Of a stretch of DNA of 64,000 bases, positions 28,265-41,312 are shown piece after piece. The notes beneath the pieces were generated by a model. The model was not told where the DNA came from. It made no database searches and saw nothing but the letters and a program-made list of their open reading frames with translations. The DNA is from Octopus vulgaris (lineage: Eukaryota): NCBI GenBank assembly GCA_951406725.2, contig OX597820.1:54436001-54500000 (forward strand). Reading direction: 5' to 3'. Position 1 is the first letter of the stretch, and every line of letters begins with the position of its first letter. The translations under genes and the position numbers were made by a program.

Positions 28265-29265
28265 TATCTTGCACTATAGGTTTCCTGGCGGAAATCTCTA
28301 TCAGAACAGATACTGACGGAGGTTTCCATAACCTCCACTCTACTAAATTACGAATGTGTGAGAGCACGATTATATATCCTACACTCTTCACTCAGTACAT
28401 TGACGTATTGAGTTACTTAAAATCGTAATCAGTCCCTATACAGATAGTATCACCTTTCATTCAACGATAAACTTCCTCGTACATACCTCATGCCATATAA
28501 AGTCTATACTATCACTATACAGAAATTCGCTTATTTCTGTATGCTTCCAAATCATGATAATCTCGATTCATACAAAAACACAGACATTGTCATTGTCACT
28601 AAGCACATCAAAGACACTCGACACGATGCAGTTTCTCTACTCTTTGAACAACATATAACTACGTACAGCAAAAATCTTCAAAGTCAACCCAAATGCTGAG
28701 CAATAAACAGACTCTGAAAACATATGGTGTCTATAATGTTGAGGTCTAACATTATAACAAGGGCGTAAATGTGATGGATGGTTGCAACCAAGTAAATCAA
28801 CCCCGTACTTAAGTGTATTTGTATTGCAGACACCGGAAAGCTGAAAGATAAAATTCCAAGAGTTGATGCTTAAACTGGATTTCCTTTAAACGTTATTGAC
28901 GCTCTCGAAGGCGCAAGTACGCCCCATTTGCATCATATAGTACGGTACAGAAGCCCAATGTTGAAAACCTCTAGACTACATATTCGAAAAAAAAGGCAAT
29001 CTGAAAATTATCAAACTTTCGTTTACCAGAATATTATATTCAGTATCCCAATGATGCGCTGTGTTCTAGCTTTGTCTTTTTTATCCCCAATAAAACGTTT
29101 AGCCAATACCTACTCCTTATCCTTCTCCTCATTCTCATCCTCCTCCGAAACTCAATTCGCGAGAGGAAGAATAGTCGGTAGGACTATTTGTGGCGACCTC
29201 CTACCGCTCTGCGTTTTCCCTACAGATACCAACTTAGAGAAACCCAAACTGAATATTAACTACAT
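28265..29265 (+). mobile_element. Ancient CR1/Jockey-group LINE relic
   Basis: Decayed IYPTLFTQYIDVL (SPTLFxIYINDL) and C-terminal LLPLCVFPTDTNLEKPKLNIN (LPxxVFPxxYNLxxFKxxVN), with many stops. Confidence 0.45.
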
Positions 29266-29653
29266 CAGCCGTACCAAATACGACAAAGATGGCACGGACA
29301 TATTAGCTTACGTTTCATGTATCGCTGAGTATCTAACAAAACCAGCCCTATATTTGAAACCTGATTGGAAGTTGACGATTTAAAAGGTGCTGTTGATATC
29401 GTTGTTGATATCAGGTCTTTGTTCTTCATTTCAATTTCCAGCGTTCAATACGATTCTTTTCCAAAAGCATGAATGCATTCAGTATGCTTGCTTTTTCGTT
29501 TTTGTTTTTCAATGATGCATTATACATGCAATTTTTTACCAATTTTCCTTATTAAATTGCTTTTTGTTTTTTAGATTAGATTTAAGGCAATGCTTGTATT
29601 TTCCCTCTGGTTTGTAAGGCGGTCTTTTCCCAGATCATAAATCTATCTATCTA

Positions 29654-30495
29654 TTGGGTCATCCCATAAATAATGCAGTTTTTTTATACTTTAATTTTTC
29701 AAAATCAAAATAAACAAAGTTCATTTTTTTATATAAAATATACTCTCCTTCATTTTCTACAATGTTTTTCCATCTATCTGGTAGACTTGCAAGGCTCCGC
29801 TTCCAAGATTTAGTTGTTCGTGATAAAAAAATACTCTTCCAGTAGTGTTCTATCCTCGTCTACAGAATTCAGATTTTTTCCGTCCAAATGATTTTGAAGA
29901 CTGCGGATTTTGACACGTGACAGCAAAGAACAGCACACATTCACTCTCTGCGCGCAATTAGATTAGGAAAGTTTGTAAGGGACCCATTGACCCAATTTGC
30001 TGACTTTTCCGATGGCCCACGGGTGTCGATGAATGGTTAAACGACCAAATCCAAGCTTCTCCTCAATAGTTACGATGGGATTTTGTTCCACCAGGGTTTT
30101 CAATGTCTTCGTCGAGCTCTACAGATCTTCCAGGACGAGGCTCGTCTTTTAGGCTGTAGTTTCCGTCTCCGAATTTCTGGAACCACCGTTGACACAGGCT
30201 TACGTTTATTGTCTGATCCCCATATGCTGCATTAATGTTCCTCGTTGCGTTGTTGCCTATATTGAACTCAAAAAGCAAAATATACCGAATATGCTCCTTT
30301 GTCATTTCCATTACAGCTTTTAGAAAATAACTGTTAAAATCGAACTGCACTCTTCAAAACTTGCACTAAGAATAAGGACAAGGTAAAGATTACTACCTAC
30401 TTTTATAGCAAGATGATGCAGATAGTTTATCCCGTCCCCCTCCGACTTTTAGTTCATGCAATTGAAAAAGCTGCATTATTTATGGGATGGCTCAA
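29654..30495 (-). mobile_element. Non-autonomous mariner (842 bp) lacking the catalytic core
   Basis: TIRs TTG(G/A)G(T/C)CATCCCATAAATAATGCAG with TA on both sides. HIRYILLFEF...QRWFQKF...DEPRPGR and KLGQWVPYKL are followed by a jump to C-terminal SLQNHLDG. Confidence 0.93.
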
Positions 30496-30788
30496 TATAT
30501 ATGTGTTTTCCAAAATGGAGGCGAACACCTTTCTTCATATGATCGGCTTGAAAAATTAAGACACTACGATATTTTCCTACTTTTCATAACATGAAACCAA
30601 CGGTAGGTTTAATTCACAAATAAAGAAATTATATTCACCAATGCGGTGTTGAGCACTCATTCTCATCGTTCGACTATTACGTGCATATATATATATGAGC
30701 ATATTATACAGAAGTAGATGTGTCTGTATGTATATATATGTATTTATGTATGTGTATGTATCTACATATATGTGTACGTATATACATA

Positions 30789-30905
<117 letters not shown>

Positions 30906-31436
30906 GCACACACAAATATGCGGTGACTGGTTAAAGTGTTTATCTGAGAACGAGTGTTGAAAAACGTAAATAAACAAATGAAAGAATTAAATAACCACTC
31001 ATAGACGCCTGCACATGCGCATACACATACAGACAATTATAAACACATAAATACATACAAATGCTACAAGCGCAATGTCCGAACACCATACATACAAATA
31101 CATACACAGAAATCAAAAACCGGCATTAAAGGAACTGTGAATACACGCGCGCCCATACACACATACACACACACACTTATATATACTACACACGCATATG
31201 TGTGTGTATGTATGTATGTATGTATGTATGTATGTATGTATGTATGTATGTATGTATGCAGATTAATTGAATTGAAAACAACTCTAAGAATATATATATC
31301 AAAATAAACGTATATTTTGCCGGAATTGTATATATTTATTTTAATGTATATGCCCCGAGTTGATTTTAATTCACTTAGTCAAAATAGAAGCTCTTTCATA
31401 GATTCTTCTTATAAAAACATTCTTAGTGTATTTTGA

Positions 31437-31519
<83 letters not shown>

Positions 31520-31552
31520 ACACACATACACACATACTGATACATACCTACA

Positions 31553-31900
31553 TAAATACATGCGCCCTGGACACGAATGTGGTTAGAAAAATACAAGAGA
31601 AAGAAGACATCTTTGGACCATTGATAAGGGGCTTGCAAATCCAGTACTCAAAATATACTTTCAGCTTTATACCAATTACTATTGGAGCGTCAGGATACGT
31701 ACCAAGCCGTATGTAGTATGGTATGGCTGAACTTGGAATCTTTGGGAGGGAATGCAAATTCTTAATTCGTATGCTACAAATGATCACGATATCTGGGACT
31801 ATAAAATCTGCGAGTCCTTCCTAACATTTAAAGGATCGCAGTTAAATCAAGATACTTTCCTTTAGAGCCTTGCTACCAAGTCGGTGGCCGCTCAAAGGTT
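31553..31900 (+). mobile_element. 3' fragment of an R4/Dong-like RLE retrotransposon (copy 1)
   Basis: CALDTNVVRKIQEKEDIFGPL...FIPITIGASGYV matches the end of the RLE domain and is homologous to the copy at 32076-33004. Confidence 0.7.
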
Positions 31901-32075
31901 TACTCTAAATTAAAAAGATAAAAAGAAGACATACCTGCACGCATACATACATACATATATACATACATACATACATACATACATACATACATACATACAT
32001 GCATGCATGCATGCATGCATGCATGCATGCATACATACATACATACATACATACATACATACATACATACATACA

Positions 32076-33004
32076 TGGATGGATTGAAAGCACTCAGCAT
32101 ACAAAAAAAAGACTATGCATGGGTATGTCACCCGGAAGCTTGAAGATGACAGTAGAATTGACATGAAGAGCAGCTTCTCTTGGGCACAAGACCACTACAT
32201 CACATCACACTTTGAAGGCTATGCGTTTGCAATCCAGGAACAGGAGATTGCCACAAAGTACCTGGTGAACAAGAGAGACAGTGAGGCTCTTGTAATCCCA
32301 ACTGCATGTGTAGGCTATGTCATGTTTCGGTGGAAGATATCACGCATGTGATTAGGAGCTGTACTAAAATGTCGTCACGGTACGACCTCCCTATGCGACA
32401 CGATGTTGTTGCTAAAACAATTTACAATGCCATCCGCAAAAAAGTCTTCAGTGAAATAAACTTATAAAATCCCTCTGTTATGGAATACATTCATAGACAC
32501 CAACTCAAGTAATACTGGTAGAATATTCCCATCAAAACGTCTGTCAAATGTAAGCATAACAGTCCGGATATTGTTGTTTAGGACTGAAGGGCAAAGGTAT
32601 GTACCATCATAGAGGTCAGCTGCTCTGCAGATATAAATATCTCTTTGAAAATCAAAGAGAAAGAAGCTAACTATGGACAATTGCGTCGAAACCTCTAGCT
32701 TCTACAGTATATCAGTATTGCAAATTTAGATTTATACCAATAACTGGAGCACTTGGTTTTGTAAGTAAATGCTTTACTGTCAGTCAGGAAACGCTTGGAT
32801 TTTCAGAATAAGAAACCAACTGATTCGCACATTAAAAATACAATCTGTAAACAGAACAGTAAAATTATGCAAGACTTTCCTCGGTTTAAAATGTGACATT
32901 GTCTTCCTTATCTACATTCCAAAGATGGAGATTTGTATCTTTATTAGAAACCAGCCAGCTCCTTCTTCGGGGGAAGAATTTAAATGATTAACTACAGAAG
33001 ACCA
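32076..33004 (+). mobile_element. 5'-truncated R4/Dong-like RLE non-LTR retrotransposon inside (CATA)n
   Basis: MHG...EGYAFAIQEQEIATK, zinc knuckle CRLC-X8-H-X4-C, RHD, KHNSPDIVV and KEKEANYGQL motifs, with stops and frameshifts. (CATA)n lies on both sides. Confidence 0.85.
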
Positions 33005-33867
33005 CACACATACATACATACATACATACATACATACATACATACATACATACTAAGGCTAATTCGAAGACTACAGGTCCAATCCATCACTGGAACTGTA
33101 AAAATCTGTAAAACTTTCCAGAAGTTTATCTTTTAAATATATATAAGCATGTCTAGATATGTAACAACATGCATGATAATACATACATAAAACATACAAA
33201 TCTGCACACACACACATACACACACATACATACATGCATGCATACATACATACATACACACATACATACATACATACATACATACATACATACATACATA
33301 CATACATACATACATACATACATACAAACAAATATACCCCGCTGTTGATGTTGAAATTCCAATGGAGGAACCTTGGATCTAGGTTAGAAACCGGCTCTTT
33401 ATTGGCAAGAAATCTTGAAATAAACTGAATAATGACATACATACATACATACATACATACATACATACATACATACAAAGTGACAAAGGTCGTTGACCTG
33501 CTATAGAGTTCATGTCATACTGTAACCATAACCAAACTCTGCAGCTTTTATTTTCCCTTATATCTCTCAACGTCGTTTACAGTTTTCTAATCTTGAGTAA
33601 AAAATCTACAGGAAATCTCAACACTACGTAACCATTTGAGATTCAGATTACTCTCTCAAATATAATGTTTGGTTATTCACATCGTTTTGAATTAATCATG
33701 CATTAATTCATCATAACGAATTTTTCGTTCAAAGGACTCGTTTATTATTAATATATATATACACAAACATATATAAATATGTAGGAGCGTGTGTGTATAT
33801 ATATAGTGCGTGTGTGTGCATATACATACATATGTATGTATGTTGTATATATATATATATATATATA

Positions 33868-33986
33868 TCACGTGATCACGTGACCGACCAGACCATCAGA
33901 TGTTGTCACACATCGCTGGTCACAATGCGTTCGCATTGTTTTAGCCTTTGAATGACGCCACCCCGCTGGCTAAGCGAGCAGGCCAA
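33868..33986 (-). mobile_element. Short retroelement 3' end within (TA)n (second copy about 26082-26148)
   Basis: Two copies share TCAC(C)GTGATCAC(C)GTGACCGACCAG...CATCGCTGGTCACAATGCG, and both abut (TA)n. Confidence 0.65.
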
Positions 33987-34003
33987 TATATATATATATA
34001 TAA

Positions 34004-34074
<71 letters not shown>

Positions 34075-34427
34075 AAGAATCTAGTTGCGTTTTGTTTACA
34101 TTCTTATTCTATGGTGGGTTGTATCATGTACAAAATTTATTTTTGCAGTTATAATGCGTCATGTAGAATGTTTTTCCCGTGAATTGTTTTTGGGAATAAA
34201 CTCTATGTTGGAGTACTCTGTTATATAATATTTGATATAGAAATGTTACACGTAGAACGCCCTCATTTTCCGTACATGTTTTAACAAAACCCTGATGCTT
34301 TTCTTTCCCATTCATTCTTGATTATCTATACGTGGTTGAGGAAACGATTATTGAAACTAACTTCGCACATACCGATATAACATCTATTTTTACGTTTCTC
34401 ACGAGTTATCTTCTATTGATTTTATGT

Positions 34428-34811
34428 GGAAGCACTCCGTCGGTTACGACGATGAGGGTTCCGGTTGATCTGAATCAACGGAACAGCCTGCTCGTGAAAT
34501 TAACGTGTAAGTGGCTGAGCACTCCACAGACACGTGCACCTTTAACGTAGTTCTCGGAGATATTCAGCGTAACACAGAGAGTGACAAGGCCGGCCCCTTG
34601 AAATACAGGTACAACAGAAACAGGAAGTAAGAGTGAGAGAAAGTTGTGGTGAAAGAGTACAGCAGGGATCACCACCATCCCTGCCGGAGCCTCGTGGAGC
34701 TTTTAGGTGTTTTCGCTCAATAAACACTCACAACGCCTGGTCTGGGAATCGAAACCGCGATCCTACGACCGCGAGTCCGCTGCTCTAACCACTGGGCCAT
34801 TGCGCCTCCAC
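34428..34811 (-). mobile_element. tRNA-head SINE family C, tail variant 1, full length
   Basis: A box TGGCCCAGTGG, B box GGTTTCGATTCCC, and TSD ATTGATTTTAT (34415-34425 and 34812-34822). Confidence 0.92.
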
Positions 34812-36996
34812 ATTGATTTTATACAAAATGCTTTGCATAAATATTTGCTGTTAATCGAACAGTTTTCTTCACTCTGCAAATTCATCTTCGTTCCTGAGTG
34901 TTCGGTGCTTGCTCACATTCTTTGTGAAGTTATAACCAGCTTAGGCATTATTTTTCATTACACAAATATTGGTACAAATCGCTGGCAGAGACATGCCTCT
35001 TGATTAACATTATGAACTACCTATTTACTTTAGTTACTATAATCTTTCTTAAATGTAAGTGAAGCCAGGTGATACATTTTCTCACTGTGCTGTGCTGCTG
35101 CCGCCGCGCATTGCTAAGAAACTGATAGTTTCTCAAAGCTCGCTTCTTTCTAATAGTCGACAGCTTGACTAAGGAATTATCAAATGTCTTCCAAGTTTTC
35201 CTGCTGATATTCCTAACCACATCTTTAACAATTATACTGCTGCGGTGGTTTAGGCCTTTAGACATGTACAATATTGTTTTAACATTTACCGGTGCCTGGG
35301 TCGAACACAAGGTCTGGGAAACCCTTAATCGCATGTCAATTTCGGAGAATTCTTGATTCTGGAGATAACTCCCACCCCTGCTCTTATTTTGTGCCGGTCT
35401 CCATTTCTGTTAAGTGTTTGTTTATTTTTTATGTCGAAGAAAATTTCACTAAGTCAAGGATTTATCTTGTAATATACTTTTCGTCTGTGTTGTCTAAATT
35501 TATATCACACTAAGTTAAATCTCTTTGCTCATTTTTGTATTGTGTATGTATGTTCGTGTATATAGGTGTGAATCTGCGTTTTCGAGTGTGTGTGTGTATG
35601 TGTGTGAGTGTGTATGTGTTGTGTGTGTGTATGTGTGTGTGTGTGCGTGCGTGCGCGTTGCCTATTTAATGGACTGAGAAGGCCTGGACTACCGTGAAGA
35701 TTATTTTCGATGGGAGCTTTTGATGGTCCATGCTACAGTACCCGTTCTACATCACTTCTATCCTACCTAGTAATGTAGTCTGGGAGGTGACAACGTTTTT
35801 ACTGACGACACACCCAAGACCTCTTCTGTTTTTCCTTCTACTTGAAGATGATGCTACTAAAAATGAAGCATGAAGTGAGAAGTCCTCCATTTGTGTTACA
35901 TCTCCTTACTATGTTTGCTAATAACATATGACTGCCCCTGAGCTTCTTGACCAGCACCTGTATAGAAATCACTCATTATTATCAGCTTGTCTCTTCTCGG
36001 GATCTTCCTTCATATGATCATTTGCAGAGTATTGTAGAACTCTTTTGCACCACCAGAGTTCATCATTGTGGAAGCTTCAGTGATGAACCGATCAAGGTGA
36101 CACAGCATCCTTTCACAGTTGATCACTCAAAGTTGTAATTCACTTGCTAATATCTGGTTTGGCCATAATACTGTTATGTTTTTCAAGGTAAAGCTAACAC
36201 TGATCATATGTCACTACTCTTTGCTCTGCCATTACAATGGGGTATTTGATATTGCCATATTCAAGCAATTTCGTCTCAAAAAATGTATCTTTATCAACGT
36301 CGTCTCTTTACAGCTCCAGGGCCGTAAGTGCGATATGCATTACTCATCGATCTGTCTTTGCACTGTCTAGTAAGGTTCTAGCATTTCATTCGGCCATATA
36401 AAGGCTCGCTTTCTAGCATTCTAGTAAATTTTTTGCTGCTGTTCAGAACGGAGGACAACCAGTAAATTCCATTGTATCTTCGGAACCGATCAATCCGATT
36501 TAATTTTGACTGGGAGATATTATTTTATAGGATTGCCTGCAAGAGATTTAAATCCTAATTTTTCAGTTACTTGTCACGCTCTCTCAGTGGACTGTGGTAT
36601 ACACTACGAGCAAGGAAAAGCAGATATATATTGATTCTATAATCTCTGCAGTGACTCGCTATTACATAACCATAAAGCGATACCTCTCCGCCCATTTGAG
36701 GAATTTCCACAGAGCTCTTGGATGACCGATGACCTCTCCGAGTTTATTAGCCTTCCTTGATAGGTGTTGTATTTCGTCCTCTAAAATATCTAATAACCGC
36801 TCTCCTTCCCAAGCAAACTTCGTGTGATTCCTCTTTTCCTATGGTCGTATGATGGTGGCTGTAATAGCAGTATGGTTGTTGTTGTTGTTATTGTTGTAAG
36901 AGAAGGAGGAGGGGGAGGAGGAGGAGGTGATGATTGAAGGCTTCGATGACGGTTGTGCTTAGTGCTGTTGGTATGTGGTAGTGTGTGGTGGTTACT

Positions 36997-37054
<58 letters not shown>

Positions 37055-37302
37055 CAACAACAACAACAACAACAACAACAACAGCAATGGAATGATAAGA
37101 TAATCCCGCCTTTAATTCTTGATCCAGCAATGAAGACAAAAAGATAAAGCACGAATGTGAAAATGTGACTATATTCCGCTTTTGTTATATTTTTATTCTT
37201 TAATTATTTTTCCTGTCTTATCTTTTGTTGTTTCATAGTTTCTATATATTTTATTAATGTTTTGTTTCGTTAATTCTCTCCTATACATAATCTCCTATAT
37301 CT

Positions 37303-37354
<52 letters not shown>

Positions 37355-37446
37355 GAACATGCAGCACTGTAATACAACACAAGAGAACAATTCTTAGTCA
37401 CATACTGAGTATTTTGAAACGTTGAAACTCATGGTGGAATAATAAC

Positions 37447-37655
37447 GATTTCAAATTTAGGCACAAGACCAACAATTTCCTGAGAGGGGTAAGTCAATTA
37501 CATCGACCCCAGCGCTGAACTGGTACTTATTTCGTCGATCCTCAAATGATGAAAGGCAAAGTTGCTTCGGCGGAATTTGAACCCAGAACGGAAATATGGC
37601 TGAAATGTCGCTATGCATTTTGCCCAGCGTGCTAATGACTCTGCCAGCTCGCCCC
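37447..37655 (-). mobile_element. SINE family B
   Basis: Full-length, moderately diverged copy. Confidence 0.8.
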
Positions 37656-37848
37656 GCTACGACGTGGAATAATAATAGCGTTTCACATTCTTTTTTCTTA
37701 CATTCTTTAGTTAAGAAAGAAAACAACCCCTGTGACATTTACTGGGTCTAAAGATAAAATACGCAACGGTAGTTAGTAAAGACATTCAACAAACTGAATT
37801 TAAATCACGCCAGAGTTTGACTTTATCTTTCATCGCTAATAAAATATA

Positions 37849-38431
37849 TATTCTTTTCTACTCTAGGCGCAAGGCCCGAAATTTGTGGGGAGGGGATCAG
37901 TCGATTAGATCAACCCAGTACGCAACTGGTACTTAATTTATCGACCCCGAAAGGATGAAAAACAAAGTCGATCTCGGCGGAATTTGAACTCAGAACTTAA
38001 AACCAGACGAAATACCTATTTCGTTACTACTCACAAGGGGCTAAACACAGAGAGGACAAACAAGGACAGACAAACGGATTAATTCGAATAGATCGACCCC
38101 AGTGCGTAACTGGTACTTAATTTATCGACCCCGAAAGGATGAAAGGCAAAGTCGACCTCGGTGGAATTTGAACTCAGAACGTAACGGCAGACGAAATACC
38201 TATTTTTTTATTGCCCACAAGGGGCTAAACATAGAAGGACAAATAAGGACAGACAAACGGATTAAGTCGATTATATCGACCGCAGTGCGTGACTGGTACT
38301 TAATTTATCGACCCCGAAAGGATGAAAGGCAAAGTCGACCTCGGCGGAATTTGAACTCAGCACGTAACGGCAGACGAAATACTGCTAAGCATTTCGTCCG
38401 ACGTGCTAACGTTTCTGCCAGCTCGCTGCCT
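37849..38431 (-). mobile_element. Trimeric SINE-B: head, two 184-bp LINE-tailed units (38201-38384 and 38017-38200) and a normal 3' part
   Basis: Junction GACGAAATACC|TATTT at 38016/38017 and at 38200/38201, in the same position as 3441/3442. Confidence 0.9.
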
Positions 38432-38445
38432 AATAAAATATATAT

Positions 38446-38652
38446 TTGTTTCTTTATTGCCCTCAGAGAGGACAAACAAGGGGATTAAGTCGATTACATC
38501 GACCCAGTGCATAACTGGTACTTATTTAATCGACTCCGAAGCTTTGAAAAACAAAGTTGACCTCGGTGGAATTTGAACTCAGAACGTAAAGACAGATGAA
38601 ATCCGCTAAGCATTTCGCCCGGCGTGCTAACAATTCTGCCAGCTCGCCGTCT
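38446..38652 (-). mobile_element. SINE-B with a shortened LINE-like tail
   Basis: Head and central domain intact; tail TTTCTTTATTGCCC...GAGGACAAACAAGG. Confidence 0.8.
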
Positions 38653-41100
38653 TTTAAAATATATCCTCTGTGTGAAAAGTCTGGCTGCATACACGTTAGC
38701 ATATGTCAGGTGCATACAATTGATAACACAGTTAATTAAGATTTATTCAGTGAGTTCTATTCAACACATGTTTACACGTGGAATTAGCAGAATCATTATT
38801 AATTTTAGATGAAGGCATTTTCAAAGTTTTGGCCGATAAAGTTGAACTGAAAAACCCTACAACGAGGCATGAATTGCACGAAGCCGTCTTGCAGTCTTGG
38901 GAAGAGCTATCTGAGCGGAAAATTCGTGGATGTATTCAACATCAAACTCGTGTTCAGCGTCAAATAGTTGACTGTAACAGATTCGTGTAATAAATTTTGT
39001 GTTTATTTTTGTTTCATAATATATATTTTTTCGGATGCAGCCAGACTTATTGAGAAATGATATCGTCGGTTATATTGGCTACACATATTCCTGGAAAATG
39101 TATCAATAATATGCGATGTCATTAATCATCATGAAGGCTAAACGTAACATTTGATTAATTACAACATTGGATGAACGAACACTCCTAAACAGATTAGAAC
39201 GCCGAACCTTTTTCTTCTTGCTTGCTTTAAACATCACCATTAATGTTTGGGATGGTTGCTTCATATCTGCAACCTGAAGTAGTTAGATAACATTTCAAAC
39301 TTCTCCGTTTCAGCATAATAAAGTAAGTATTTAATAGCTTCAAGATAACATGGCTTCTTCAAGGTTTTGATGGATATGATAAATATTAGTGGGGTTAGGA
39401 TTAGTAATCTGATAAAATATTAATATGGCATACCAAAGATATTACCCTGTAGTAAGATTATACAGAAAGAAAAATAGTTGGCAACTTACTAATCTCTAAA
39501 TTGTTGGTGCTTAGTCCCAAGCCAGCTCTGACTGACGAAGCCTATGATCGAATGCATTCCAGCCTTGACCATCCCGTCTTTTGTTTTACCTTTTTTAGCT
39601 TAGTTAGACTATATTTTCCAATTTAACCCTAGTTTTCTCTAAGACAAGATGTGTTTTGAGGATACTTTGTAGCCATGTTTGCAGATTGAGCGTCCAAGTA
39701 CGGGTTCCTTCGATGACTGTAATAACGTTTAAGTAATCAGTGGTACGAAGTAAGTGAGTGTGGCTTGTACCATGCTTTCGCCAATAATTTTAGCTGCCTG
39801 TATAGTCGTAAGCAGACATAGATGCACTGTCGTTCCTTTACCTTATCCTTTACCTTATCCATGACCCAGCAGAACATTTAGGATGAAATAGAGAGACACA
39901 TACAAGAGAGGTAAAAGATACATAGTTACACCCTCGCCTTGCTGATACGCACAAAAGCTGAGTAGACTGGTGCAACATGAAAAGAAAAGCTTTGCTTAAG
40001 GACACAACGCACTGTCTAAACCATGAATTGAACTCGGGAGTTTATGATCATGACCCAAACACCCAAACTACTAGTCCACTCGACCACGTGTTTTCACTTA
40101 AACAGTCAAGTGAAGACACGTCAAATCATCGTTTAAACACCAAGCATTTGGACACGTTTATGGAGACCGCTTTATTGCTTTATAGTTGATGGTTCAGTCG
40201 TACAAAGCGGGAGAGACTACACTGGATCGTAGTATTAAGGAGGACAGATTAGGAAATACTTTAAATGGCCATTTGGAAGAGGGGACAGAGTACACTAGTG
40301 AGGTTGGATAGTCATGAGAAATCAACCGGTTTATGCAAAGCTGGCATGAAGTCGTCACTCCTCTTCATGTTGTCATTACTATGTCTCGTCTTTTCTTATT
40401 ATTTATATATTCTATATCACAGTTTGTGGACAATAGTTGCTTTGATTGAAGGTTTCCAAAGAGTCAATTACAAGTTCACTGTATTTTTAATAGCGTGAGT
40501 GACAAGAGAACGCCTGTAACTCGGTGCAATATATTTTGTGCGAATAACACCGGTTTTATGGCTTTGTTTGTATGCCTTCGCCAACATACACTAGTGAAAG
40601 ATATAAGAGCATGTACACACGCATACGTGCAGATATACATAATGCATACACACGCACGCATACATACAGATATACATACTACATACACACACACGCACAC
40701 ACAACCTTCAAATTAAAATATCAGAGGTCCCTATGCTTGTATGAAGGACCTGAGTAACCTAAATTTCTTTAAGTACAACTTATATAATAAGATTCTGGAC
40801 ATCAACCAGTGAGACTGTTAGATCATGTTTAGGTACCTATTCATTGTTTATAAGAAATAATGTAGTAAAATTATTTATTTATATTCATTATACAACATAT
40901 TCTGAATCATAGGAATAAGATATCTTTAATCACGGATTCAAAAATATGCGAAATATATTTAAACTATAATACCTACTTGTGACACGACAGTGTTACTATG
41001 GCATAGGTACATCACACAGCCCATTGGACCTCTGGTAAAGACACCCAACTCTAGGCTTAGACTAAGGCATTGGCATTCTTTTTCGAGAAGCGAGCCTTAA

Positions 41101-41312
41101 CCCATTAGCATTCAGTTTAATCCATCAAATGTAATATTTATTTATCCACATTGGTTCAAATTAATCATGTATTATCTCAAAGCTGCGTGATTTTCATGAC
41201 GTGATTGTTCATGTTTATAGTGACATTGTAGGGTAGGCGTGAGAGGCCAGATCTGAACATAAAAACAGATCAAATACTTGAGTCCGATATGGCCTGTTTG
41301 AATGCTAAAGGA
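41101..41312. mobile_element. piggyBac-type MITE (212 bp)
   Basis: TTAA|CCCATTAGCATTCA ... TGAATGCTAAAGGA|TTAA. A partial relative lies at about 33630-33705. Confidence 0.8.

Noticed and set aside
35010-36480. Possible old hAT and RTE/L2 relics
   Set aside because: Only vague motif echoes, and family and boundaries cannot be supported by eye.
37849-38652. Regularly spaced repeats resembling a CRISPR array
   Set aside because: The units are whole 184-bp SINE segments with homologous rather than unique spacers. The context is eukaryotic and no cas genes are present.
38778-38990. ORF resembling a Tc1 transposase C-terminus (LHEAVLQSWEEL)
   Set aside because: Too short and lacks catalytic motifs or TIRs, so it cannot be called.
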